The position numbers were made by a program, and so were the translations under genes. A DNA stretch of 64,000 nucleotides, from the NCBI GenBank assembly GCA_963734495.1, contig CAVTHK010000007.1, forward strand, positions 96,001 to 160,000. The letters run 5' to 3'. Of this stretch, positions 48,671 to 58,927 are shown in pieces. Numbering within the stretch: position 1 is the stretch's first letter; every line of letters starts with the position of its first letter. This DNA is from an uncultured Spirochaetota bacterium (GTDB taxonomy: Bacteria > Spirochaetota > Spirochaetia > SZUA-6 > CAVTHK01). The notes beneath the pieces are model-generated. The model worked only from the letters and a program-made list of their open reading frames with translations. It had not been told where the DNA came from and made no database searches.

Positions 48671-51600
48671 ATGTCGCGCTCGTGGCCCGTGCTCATTTTC
48701 CTGTGGTGCGTGGCGACGGCCCCGGCGCAGGAGGCTCCCCCGCCGCTGCCCGAAGAGGCCCCGGAAGCGCTGTTCCAGACCACGATCGGGTCGAGCGACG
48801 TCGAGATGTTCCTGGACGGGTCATGGAGCGCGGCGGCCAGCGGAGTCGTCGGTTTTCTCCTGCGCTCCGGCGAAGGGATCCAGCCGCTCGACGCCTTCCC
48901 CTCCCTGCCCCTCGGCTTCGACTTTACCCAGGTGCCCGAGCTCACCTTCTCAGTGTGGCTGCAGAAGCACTACTTTGTCGAGTTCACCGTCCTCGGCAGC
49001 TTCGAAGACAACGCCTTCCGGGCGGGCTACCAGAGCGACGACGGGCTCCTGCGCAGCCTGGTCGTGGGCAACCGGGACATCGCGATCGATCCCTACCCGT
49101 ACCTGACCGTGCCGGAAACCGGCGACTCCAGCCTCGGCGCCGAGGCCACGCTGGTCTCGGGCGCGAGCCGCCACGAGTTCCTCGTCCGCTTCGACAACAA
49201 CTCCAGCGGCAAGAAAGTGTTCGTGGGGAAGAATGAGGTTGAAGAAGTTCGCATCCCGCTGCCGGCGTACGAGCAGGGCCTTCGGCTGCGGCTGCCGGAT
49301 TCGGGAGTCGACGGCCTGCGGCTGTACCTCGAGGACCCCGACGGCAGCGTCCCCGGCGGCGACGGCAGGCGCTACCGGCTCGCGAGCACCGACGACGCCA
49401 TCGCCGACGCGGTGACGGGCATCATCACGCTGAAGCAGAAGCCCTTCGGCCGCGTGCTGGTCTACTACACCAAGGGCGGGCTCGCGGTGGGCGACCCCGG
49501 CCTCGGTCAGAACGCGATCGCGACCGTGAATGGCGGCTCGACGGGCGCGGTCGATCCCGATGTGCCCCGCCAGTTCTTCTTCGCCGATGCGGCGCCGCTG
49601 TGGCCGGGCGGGCCGCTCGCCTCGAGCCTGCAGGTCTCCATCGAAGGGCGCACGGCGCTGCTGCTGCGCGATCGCGGCGTCTTCTCGCTCTTCGACGTTC
49701 AGGGCTCCTACCTCGTGAGCCAGACGCTGCCGCAGGAGCTGTGGCGGGTGATCGCGAAGGTCGTCGAGCGCGACGGGTACGAGGCGCGGGGCACGCAGCC
49801 CGGCGCGACGCTGCGGGTCGACCCCGACCTCCAGAGGCTGGTACTCACGCTCGCTACGGACGCGAGGGATTTGCGCAATCTCTACCCTCTGCTCGGCGAG
49901 GATGCGACCGGGGCGCGTCTCTACGGCCCGTTCCGCGACGATTCCGCCGGGCTGTACAGCCGCGAGATCCTGCTCCAGATCCTCACGCCGATCACGACGT
50001 ACGTGCTGGAGTCCGACATCCTCGCCGGGTCGGTGTCAGTGACGCGCAACGGGAACCCGGAAACGCGGTTCACCGTCGAAGCCAAGACGGGCGTCATCAC
50101 CTTCGTGTCGCCGATCGGCCCCTCGGACAGGCTGGAGATCACGTACAAGAAGAAGGGCGCCCTGCTCGACAACGGCGACCTCGTCCTCGCCTGGGGCAAC
50201 CGCTTCCCGCTGAGCGACCCCTTCGAGGCCGAGCTGGCCGCCGGCTTCCGCTGGAACGCGCTCCCGGGCGCCTACTCCGAGAAGCCGTTCACCCGCACCG
50301 GCGCGGTCCTGCTCTCGGGCGGCATCCAGGGCAAGCTCGACAACTTCGATCTCGATGTCGAGGCGGCGGTCTCGTACGCGCACCCCGACACGACGGGCCG
50401 GCTGCGTCTGGCCGGCATGGAGGCGAGCGGGCTCGACCTGTCGCTCGACGAGAACCTGGCGCTGCCCGCCTCGCGCGCCCGGCGCGCGGCCGCGAACGAC
50501 GAGACTGGACAACCGCGGCAAGCTCCTCTACAAGGACTACCGCGACTACGGCCTGCTGGGGTCCTTCACCCTTCAGGGCCCGGATTGGAGCATCCCTTCG
50601 AAGCAGGTCTTTCCGTACGAGACCGGCTCGAAGCCAGGCCCGTACAACGTCGCGGGCGGCTCGACCGACGACATCGACAAGAGCCTGGTGCTCGACTTCG
50701 ATCTGCAGGCCGGGCAGTGGGCGGGCTTCGAAATCCCGGTCCTCCCGGGCCAGCCCCTTCCCGATCTGTCGAGCATCGACGCGCTCATCACCGAATACAA
50801 GATGCTCGAGCTCAGCCCAGGCGCCTCCGTCGACGTGGTGGTGCAGATCGGAGACGTCGCCGAAGACGTGGACGGCGACAAGATCCTGGACGAGGAGGCG
50901 TCGGCTTCGTCGACAGGATTCCTGTTCAACGACAGCGGCAACGGCGTGGTCCTTCTCGTCGGCGGCGGTCCCAAGGGCGAGGGCAACGAGCGCAAGGACA
51001 CGGAGGACCTGGACGGCGACCGGTTCCTGCAGACGCTGGACGGGTTGCTGGTTTCGGGTACTGCCGAGACCGCGCTGGGCACTGCGACCGGGTGGAGAAT
51101 CGCGCGCCGGCTCTTCAGCTCCGACGACCGAAAGAACCTGCGCCGGAGCCGGGCCATTCGCGTCTACGTGAGCGCCGGCGCAGCGGCGGCGAAAGGCCGC
51201 CTTCTCATCGACAAGCTCTTCCTCGCGGGCTCGACGTTCGCCGTCACGGCCAGCACGGACGGCACCACCGCCGTGCGCGAGGTGGCGGAAAGGCTCGCCG
51301 CGTTCCCGCCCGCCAAGTCACTCGAGGAAACGTTCAGGGCCGTCGTGAGGGACGTGTTCCACGCGGGCGGCGAGACGCAGGATGTGCTCGAGATCCAGAC
51401 CGGAACCTCGCAGGAGTGGACCGTGCGAGGATTCACCACCACGGGAACGGAAGGCGCGCGCTACGGCGAGGTGGTGCACTACCTGCGGGTTCGGCAGTGG
51501 AACCCGGGAGCGCCCCTCGCATTCGCGCTGCTCGACGACGAGGGCAAGGGGATCCGCTGGAGCTTCACGCCCACGGCGTCCGACGCATGGCACGAGGTGC

Positions 51601-53522
51601 GGGTAGACACGGAGAAGCGGCGCCTCACGATCGACGGCTCCGTTCCGACGGGAGCCAGCGTTACCGTGGATTCGCATCGCTCTCTGGTGCAGTTCCTCAT
51701 TCTGTCGCAGGGCGGAAACGGATCGAACGGCTGGGTCTACGTCGACGAGCTGCACATGGCGTCGCCGATCGGGAGCATCGGCGCGGCCGTCGGCGTCGAC
51801 ACGGAGCTGCGCGTCCCCGGGCCGCTCGTACGCGTCGGCGGAGTGCCGGTGGTCTCCGACCTGCGGGTGCGCGAGATCGCCAGCACCGTCACTCCCGGAT
51901 TCTCGCCGCTGTACGGCCGGCCGACGCCAGCCTGGGGCGGCTCCTCGCGGACGGAGCTGGGGATGGCGCTGCCGGCGAGCCAGCTCGACACGCATTTCGT
52001 GGTCGATTGGACCGACGCGGAGGCGACCATCGGCGGCGGACACACCCTGCAGACGATCGTGGGCCCCGTCTCGGTCCTGGACCGCTTCGACCTGAGGGCT
52101 CCCGGCCCTTCCGCGGCATTCGACCGGGAGAGCCGCGTCCGCGTGGCTCCCGTGCCCGGGACCGCGTTCGACGCGGGCGCGCTGGCCGCCACGAGCGAGG
52201 ACCGCCTGACGCAGACCTGGACCGGGACGATCACCTCGGCCGCCGGCCGTGCCCGCGGGAGCCTCGTGACCGATCTCGGGCTCTCGACCCTCGACTACGT
52301 GCACCGCGAGCGCGGCTACTTCGACTCCTGGGTCCTGGGCTACCGCCTGTATGCGCCCGTGACCGCGCCGCTGCTCGAGCGCACGTCGCGCGCCGCTTTG
52401 GAGCTGGCGCTCGAGCCCATGCCGGTCGGGCTCACGCTGCAGCTCACGCCCTCGACGCGGAGCGTCCCTTTGGGCGACGGGCGCGAGCAGCGCGACGGGC
52501 TCACGGCGCGCCTGGCGGCCCCGATGGCCCTCGACGACAGGGGCACCATCCTCACGGCGTCCTATCAGCGCGAGATGGAGATCACAGCCACTCAGACCCG
52601 AGTGGGCGGCTTCGACGCGGACTGGACCGAGTTCGCCGCGGACCTCGCGGCCCAGAGCTACTTGACCTCGGGCATTCCTCTCTGGGAGCTGTACGCGAGC
52701 GACGAGGACTTCCAGGAGGCATCAGCGGACGCGACGTCGGCGCTGTACAAGCCTCAGGTCCAGCTCGAGCTCGAGCGCAGGCCCGGCTCGCGCATCGCCC
52801 ATCTCTTCATCCCGACCAGGCTGGACGCCAGCGTGGCGAGGGACCTCGAGAAGGAAGGCGCGCTCTTCTCGTCGCTGTACGTCTACTCCATCGCGTACCA
52901 GACCAATGCGATCAACCTTTTCGGCCGCCTGGGAGCCTACCCGACCTTTTCCTTCTACGACCTGGACGAGATCTCCAACAGCATCAGCCTCGCCCTCAGC
53001 TACGACCGGAACGAGACCCTGCAGAGCGGCGACATCCGCCTCGACTCGCTCGTCGGGCTGGAAGGCGGCGCAGGCAACCAGTTCACGGTTTCGAACCGGC
53101 TCTCCATCACAGGCACCACCTTCGACAACGTCGAGAACACTACCTCCGCGAGCTACACGTGGTTCGTGCGGCCGGAGGGCGGCGTGCCGCTGCCGCTTCT
53201 CGGAAAGGACATCACGCGCGAGGCATTCTACGCCCACGACGAGTCCCTGGAGCTGACCACGACGTGGGGCTCCAGGCCCGCGACGGGACTCGTGCGCCAC
53301 CGTACCGAGATCCGGATCCCGGGACACGGCTACATCGCGGCCACGGCGGCCCTCGGCGTCGACTTCGAGAAGTTCCGCGCCGCGAGCGGATACGGCTACG
53401 ACCGGGTGACCCGCTTCGCCGCGCAGGGCGGCATCGAGGCTCTGATCCGCTTCGGCTCCGGGGAGCCGAGGCGCGAACGCGAGCCCGCGCCGCGACGCGC
53501 GCAGGAGGGTCGTCCCCCGTAG
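48671..53522 (+). CDS. Giant (~1600 aa) exported/outer-membrane protein, SprA/Sov-like motifs (apparent frameshift, ~50490)
   Basis: Signal peptide MSRSWPVLIFLW; joins ORFs 47666-53569 and 50355-53522; beta-strand-rich; GSVSVTRNG...TGVITF, AEDVDGD, DTEDLDGD. Confidence 0.65.
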
Positions 53523-53590
53523 CGCGCCCGCGCGGTCTGGAAGTGCGAGGCAATGGGTCTATATTCTGATTAGCTTCCCCGGAGGTGTTC

Positions 53591-54934
53591 ATGAGCAGGA
53601 TTTTCCTCGCGCTCGCCTTCGCGATTGTCGTGTGCCTGGCTCCGGCGGCGGCGCAGGAGCAGGGCGGAGGGCTCAACTTCGCGCTGGGCCTCGGCCTCGG
53701 CGTCGAGACGTTCGGAGACGAGACCTGGCAGAAGATCTCTCTGACACCCGACCTGGCTTTCGGCAAGTTCGGCATCGGCATCGACGTGACCGTCCACTAC
53801 CGCTTCCAGAACAGCGAGTTCACGGTCCTGGCCGATGACTGGGCCCCCGATCCGTTCACTTTCCAGGAGACGCTCAGCCTCTATCTCGCGAAGTTCCGCT
53901 ACGTGCGCTACGGCCTCAAAGGCGATCCCCTCTTCGTCAAGCTGGGCTCGATCGACGACGCGACCCTCGGCAACGGCTTCATCATGGGCAACTACGCGAA
54001 CACGCTGTTTCTCCCCGAGCGGCGCGTGTTCGGGCTGAGCCTCGACGTCGACGGGCGGCTGTTCAGCTTTCCCTACGTGGGCATGGAGACCTTCGTGGGC
54101 GATCTTTCGGCGTTCGACGTCATGGCGGCGCGCCTCTACGTGAGGCCGCTCGCCGGAACGCAGATCCCGGTGCTTCGCGACCTGCAGCTGGGGACCACGT
54201 TCGCCGCGGACTTCGATCCCTACCGCTACTCGAGCTCCGTCGAGGAGGCCGCGGCGCAGCTGGCCGGGATCGACACGAGCGACGCGAGGATCTACGTGGC
54301 CGGGGTCGACTTCCGCCAGCCGCTCCTCGACTCCGCCGCGTTCAGCCTCGCCGTTTTCGGCGACGCCGTCACGCAGCGGATGGACGCGTACGGCGGGATG
54401 CTCGGCGTGGGCGGGCGCGTCATCAAGATCTTCACGTACGGGGCGCAGATCCGCTTTATCGGCGACAACTTCGTTCCCGTCTACTTCGACTCCGTCTATG
54501 ACATCACGCGCGCCCAGCGCTATGCCCTCACCGAAGGCGCGATGAGCACCCCCGGCTTCGTCGGTTGGTTCGCATCGATCGGGACGAGCCTTCTCAACGA
54601 CAGCATCGTGTTCAATGTCAGCCTCGACGGCCCGTTCGGCGAGGTCGACCCGAACAACGACGCGAGCTACCTGAACTCCAAGCACCTGACGGGGATGTTC
54701 GCCGTGGCCGAGGGCCTCCTGCCGGGCTTTTTCTTCGACGCGTCGTACGACAAGCTGCTGATCGACACCTGGAGCGACGTCTTCGAGTCGAACGGCGCGA
54801 CCGCCAAAGCGCGGGTGAACTACCGCTCCGGCCCCGCCGTGATCTCCTTCTTCTACCTGCTCAAGTACAACTCCAACGACTGGAACGACCCGGAAGTGAG
54901 CTCGGGGCTCGAGACCCTCGTTCAGCTCAAGTAA
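53591..54934 (+). CDS. Putative outer-membrane beta-barrel protein
   Basis: GGAGG RBS; signal peptide; amphipathic strands; shares a block with the next gene. Confidence 0.75.
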   Translation: MSRIFLALAFAIVVCLAPAAAQEQGGGLNFALGLGLGVETFGDETWQKISLTPDLAFGKFGIGIDVTVHYRFQNSEFTVLADDWAPDPFTFQETLSLYLAKFRYVRYGLKGDPLFVKLGSIDDATLGNGFIMGNYANTLFLPERRVFGLSLDVDGRLFSFPYVGMETFVGDLSAFDVMAARLYVRPLAGTQIPVLRDLQLGTTFAADFDPYRYSSSVEEAAAQLAGIDTSDARIYVAGVDFRQPLLDSAAFSLAVFGDAVTQRMDAYGGMLGVGGRVIKIFTYGAQIRFIGDNFVPVYFDSVYDITRAQRYALTEGAMSTPGFVGWFASIGTSLLNDSIVFNVSLDGPFGEVDPNNDASYLNSKHLTGMFAVAEGLLPGFFFDASYDKLLIDTWSDVFESNGATAKARVNYRSGPAVISFFYLLKYNSNDWNDPEVSSGLETLVQLK

Positions 54935-54947
54935 GGGAGGCACGACC

Positions 54948-57116
54948 GTGAAGCTGTCGCGAATGTCGATCGTACTGGTCCTCGCCCTTGCCGCGTCTGC
55001 CGCCTTTGCACAGAACCGCGTGGTCCTCTCGTTCTTCGAGGACAAGAGCGGCGAGCTGCGCATCGTCGGCCCCAAAGGCGAGCAGGAAAAGAGCTCCGGG
55101 CAGCTGTCGTTCGGCGACGAGGTGCCCGTGGGATGGACCGTCGTCACCGGCAAGGACGACAGCGTCGAGCTCACCATGCCGGGCAACGGAACCATCGTCA
55201 AGCTCGCCGAGAACACCAACTTCAAGATCGAAGCCCTGCAGGGCAGCGGCGGCGCGACGAGCAACGACTTTGCCCTCGGCTTCGGCAAGCTCCGCGCCGT
55301 GGCCGCGCGCACGAAGAGCGACAGGTACAACGTGCGCGGGCAGACGACGGTCTGCGGCGTGCGCGGGACCGACTTCGGCATGAGCATCGAGGTGGGCATC
55401 GAGCAAGCCTTCGTCTTCAAGGGCGCCGTCGACTTCAAGAAGCTCGCCGGGGGCCCTTCGCTCGTGATCAACGCGGGCGAGTTCGCCAACGCCCTCGCCG
55501 CCTCGTTCGCGGCCGCCCGCATGAGCTCGGCGCAGGCCGCCGCGCTCGAGAGCCAGCTCAGGTTCACGAAGCTCGACCCGGCCTCGGTGCCCCAGGTCGC
55601 GGCTGCGGAGACTCCCGTCCAGCCGGCGCCCGAGATGCCGCCCAAGCCCGAAAGCAAGCCGGCCCAGGGCGGCTTTATCGACACGCTGCTCGGGGCGCTG
55701 GGAATCGAGATCGGGTCGCTGACCATCGGCGACCAGACCTACGCCAAGGCCGTCATCTCGCCCACGATCTCACTGAACAAGCTCAAGATGCAGCTCTACC
55801 TGCCCGTCATCTACCAGGACGACCTGTTCAACCCCAACAAGTGGTACAAACCCCGCGGGAACGACGAGTGGTCGTTCGGCATCGACCAGGGGAACGACTG
55901 GGCGGACATTGCGGGAGATTTCTTCGGCGACCTCGCGCTCAAGTTCAAGTACCTTCAGTATGGGGACCAGCGCGATCCCTTCTTCTTCAAGATCGGGAAC
56001 CTCAACACGTTCACGGTCGGCCACGGCCTGATCATGCGCAACTACGCCAACGACGCGGAGTTCCCGGCGGTCCGGCGCGTCGGTCTCAACGTCGGCGCGG
56101 ACTTCAGGACGGTCGGCTTCGAGGCCATCGTGAACGACCTGGCCGACATCCAGATCGCGGGAGCCCGCCTGTATCTCCGGCCGGCGCCCGGCACGTTCCC
56201 CCTGGCGTTCGGCGTGAGCGGCATCGTGGATCTCTACCCCGCGCGCGGCCTCGGGGAGTCGCCCGCCGTCCCCGGCAGCGACTGGAAGGACGTCATTGGC
56301 GACCCGATGCTGATCAACGCCGGCCTCGACCTCGAGTACGCGCTCATCGAGCGCGACATGCTCTCGGTCGTGCTGTTCGGCGACATCGCCGGCCTGATGC
56401 CCTACTACCGCAAGGACGGCGTGGGGCCCTACGCGGGGATCAGCGAGGGCCTGGCAACCGACACCCTGATCGTCGACGGAAAGCTCCGCAACTACGGCTG
56501 GATCGCGGGAGCTCTCGGCAACGTGGGGCCTCTCGACTGGCGCGGGGAATACCGCTACTACACCGGCGCTTTCGTGCCGGAGATCTTCAACAATATCTAT
56601 GACAAGGAGCGCGGCCGCTACGCCCAGAACATCGCGCTGTACTCGACCGACCCGGCCGCAGACCAGTTCGACGCGCTGACCATGGGCATCTACGGAGAGG
56701 CTGGCTGGACCTGGGAGAAAGTCTTCTCGTTCAGCGCGGGCTACTTCTGGCCCTTCACGGTCGACGGGGGGAGCTGGAAGCCCGCCGAGATGGACTACCT
56801 CCACATGCAGGCCAGGCTCGAGCGCGGCGTCATACCGTTCGTCAACGTCGCAGCCGCGATCGCGTACGACCGCTACTACTTCGTCCCGATGCTGCTGAGC
56901 GGCAGGGGAAGCGACGGGAACACCTACCGCCTGTTCGACGCCAACACGGTCGTCACGAGCACGCTGTGGTACGGCATCAGCAAGACGGTCGACCTGGTGT
57001 TCATCGCCACGACCTCCCTGGCGCGCGACGCGTACGGCAACATCCTCTACCAGGACGACGGCACGACGCCGGAACTGGCCACTACCATCAGCATCGAGAC
57101 CCAGATACATTACTAG
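54948..57116 (+). CDS. FecR-like domain fused to putative beta-barrel
   Basis: Signal peptide; VKLAENT...CGVRGTDF...VFKGAV; Pro linker; C-terminal ISIETQIHY. Confidence 0.78.
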   Translation: MKLSRMSIVLVLALAASAAFAQNRVVLSFFEDKSGELRIVGPKGEQEKSSGQLSFGDEVPVGWTVVTGKDDSVELTMPGNGTIVKLAENTNFKIEALQGSGGATSNDFALGFGKLRAVAARTKSDRYNVRGQTTVCGVRGTDFGMSIEVGIEQAFVFKGAVDFKKLAGGPSLVINAGEFANALAASFAAARMSSAQAAALESQLRFTKLDPASVPQVAAAETPVQPAPEMPPKPESKPAQGGFIDTLLGALGIEIGSLTIGDQTYAKAVISPTISLNKLKMQLYLPVIYQDDLFNPNKWYKPRGNDEWSFGIDQGNDWADIAGDFFGDLALKFKYLQYGDQRDPFFFKIGNLNTFTVGHGLIMRNYANDAEFPAVRRVGLNVGADFRTVGFEAIVNDLADIQIAGARLYLRPAPGTFPLAFGVSGIVDLYPARGLGESPAVPGSDWKDVIGDPMLINAGLDLEYALIERDMLSVVLFGDIAGLMPYYRKDGVGPYAGISEGLATDTLIVDGKLRNYGWIAGALGNVGPLDWRGEYRYYTGAFVPEIFNNIYDKERGRYAQNIALYSTDPAADQFDALTMGIYGEAGWTWEKVFSFSAGYFWPFTVDGGSWKPAEMDYLHMQARLERGVIPFVNVAAAIAYDRYYFVPMLLSGRGSDGNTYRLFDANTVVTSTLWYGISKTVDLVFIATTSLARDAYGNILYQDDGTTPELATTISIETQIHY

Positions 57117-57118
57117 GC

Positions 57119-58894
57119 ATGACTGACGGAGGAAAGGGAGCGCCCGAGGGGCGCTCCCCGGCTCCGCAGCGCCGCGTCCGTCCGCTCCGGGAGGAGGTGG
57201 CGCGCAAGATCGCAGCCGGCGAGGTGATCGACCGGCCGTATGCGGTCGTGCGGGAGCTGCTGGACAACTCGCTGGACGCGGGCGCGCGGGAGATCACGCT
57301 GCGCCTCGACGAAGGTGGTTTGTCGCGCATCGAGGTCGCGGACGACGGCGAGGGGATCGCTCCCGACGACCTCGAAGTGTGCGGCCTGCCCCACTCCACT
57401 TCCAAGATCTCCGAAGAAGAGGACCTCTATCACATCTCCTCCCTGGGGTTCCGGGGCGAGGCGCTCGCGAGCATCGCCGCCTGCGCGCGGCTGGAGCTCA
57501 CGAGCCGGACGGCGGGCGAGGCATCGGCGCGGAGGCTCCTCGTCGACGGCGGCCGCAGGAGGCCGCTGGAGCCCTGCCCCGGCCGGCAGGGCACCCACGT
57601 GGGCGTGTCCGACCTCTTCTTCAACATGCCCGCCCGCCGCAAGTTCCTCAAGGCCGCCTCGGCCGAAAGCGCGCTCTGCCGCACGGTGTTCGAGGAGCGC
57701 GCCCTCGCCTTTCCCGCGACAGCCTTCCGCCTGTTCCTCTCGGGAGAGCTCAAGGCGTTCTTTCCGGCCGCCACGGCGCTGGAGCGCGCGCGCGCGGTTC
57801 TCGGGCGCTCGATCGACGACGCGTCCCTGCTTGACGAGATCGAGGCGCGGGGCGACTCCTTCTCGCTGCGCATCGTCCTCGCGAGGCCCGAGGCGGCGAG
57901 GCGCGACCGAAGGCTCCTGCAGGTCTTTGTCAACCGCCGCCGCATCCAGGAGTTCGCGCTCGTCCAGGCGGTGGAGTACGGCTACGAGGGGTACGTGCCG
58001 GGCGGTCTTCACCCGGTGGCTCTCGTCTTTGCGCAGATCGCGCCCGAGCTCGTCGATTTCAACGTTCACCCGGCCAAGCGCGAGGCGCGCATCCGGATCC
58101 TGCCGGAGATCCACAAGGCGGTCGCCGCGGCGATCAAGGCACACCTGCCCCGCTACGCGCTGCGGGCGCCCGAGAGAGCGGCGCGGCCTTTCGAGCCCGA
58201 GGGCGAGCGCTGGCTGCCGCTGGCCCCCGGCGCGGCCGCGCCGCCGGCTGCCGCGCGCGCGCGTTTCGTCGAAGAGGTCCTGTCGCGCCAGGCCGGCGAG
58301 GCGGCCGCCGGCGCCCCCGCGGCCGCGCCGCCCGTGCCGGGCGAGGTCCCGCCGCCCCGGTATCTCGGGCAGGTCTTCGGGTTGTTCCTGATCGTCGAGT
58401 GGGGCCAGACGGTCTACCTCATCGATCAGCACGCGGCTCACGAGCGCATCCTCATGGACGAGATGCTCGCCCGCGAGAAGCGCAGGCAGGAGCTTCTGCT
58501 GCCGATCTCCTTTGAGGCTTCCGCCGACGAGGCCCGCAGCCTCGCCGAGCGCGCCCCGCTGCTCGAGCGGCTCGGGATCGCGGTCGAGCGCAGCGGCGCG
58601 GGCACCTGGGAGGTGACCGGGCTGCCGCCGGAGTTCGAGGCGGTCGAGGCGGGCGACCTCGTGCGGTTTCTCAAGAGCTTCGAGCGGTCCCCCGAAGTGC
58701 TCGAGCGCGAGATCCACAGCCTCGCGGCCTGCCGCATGGCGCTCAAGGACGGCGACGCGGTGGACGCGGTTACGGCGGCGGAGCTGGCGCGCGCGGCGCT
58801 GGCCCTGCCCGACGCCCGTTGCCCGCACGGCAGGCCCATCTGGTTCGCCCTGAAAAGGAGCGAGCTGTTCCGCCTCGTCGGGCGAGTGATCTGA
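57119..58894 (+). CDS. mutL: DNA mismatch repair protein MutL
   Basis: IAAGEVI, ELLDNSLDAG, GFRGEAL, DQHAAHER, CPHGRP. Confidence 0.97.
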   Translation: MTDGGKGAPEGRSPAPQRRVRPLREEVARKIAAGEVIDRPYAVVRELLDNSLDAGAREITLRLDEGGLSRIEVADDGEGIAPDDLEVCGLPHSTSKISEEEDLYHISSLGFRGEALASIAACARLELTSRTAGEASARRLLVDGGRRRPLEPCPGRQGTHVGVSDLFFNMPARRKFLKAASAESALCRTVFEERALAFPATAFRLFLSGELKAFFPAATALERARAVLGRSIDDASLLDEIEARGDSFSLRIVLARPEAARRDRRLLQVFVNRRRIQEFALVQAVEYGYEGYVPGGLHPVALVFAQIAPELVDFNVHPAKREARIRILPEIHKAVAAAIKAHLPRYALRAPERAARPFEPEGERWLPLAPGAAAPPAAARARFVEEVLSRQAGEAAAGAPAAAPPVPGEVPPPRYLGQVFGLFLIVEWGQTVYLIDQHAAHERILMDEMLAREKRRQELLLPISFEASADEARSLAERAPLLERLGIAVERSGAGTWEVTGLPPEFEAVEAGDLVRFLKSFERSPEVLEREIHSLAACRMALKDGDAVDAVTAAELARAALALPDARCPHGRPIWFALKRSELFRLVGRVI

Positions 58895-58927
58895 ATCGGG
58901 CCTGCCCGGTGAACGCGCGGGCTCGGG

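Noticed and set aside
47666-53569. 1967-aa ORF as one protein
   Set aside because: The first ~335 aa run antisense through rpmB, repeats and DUF503; after ~50490 it is off-frame Arg-rich text
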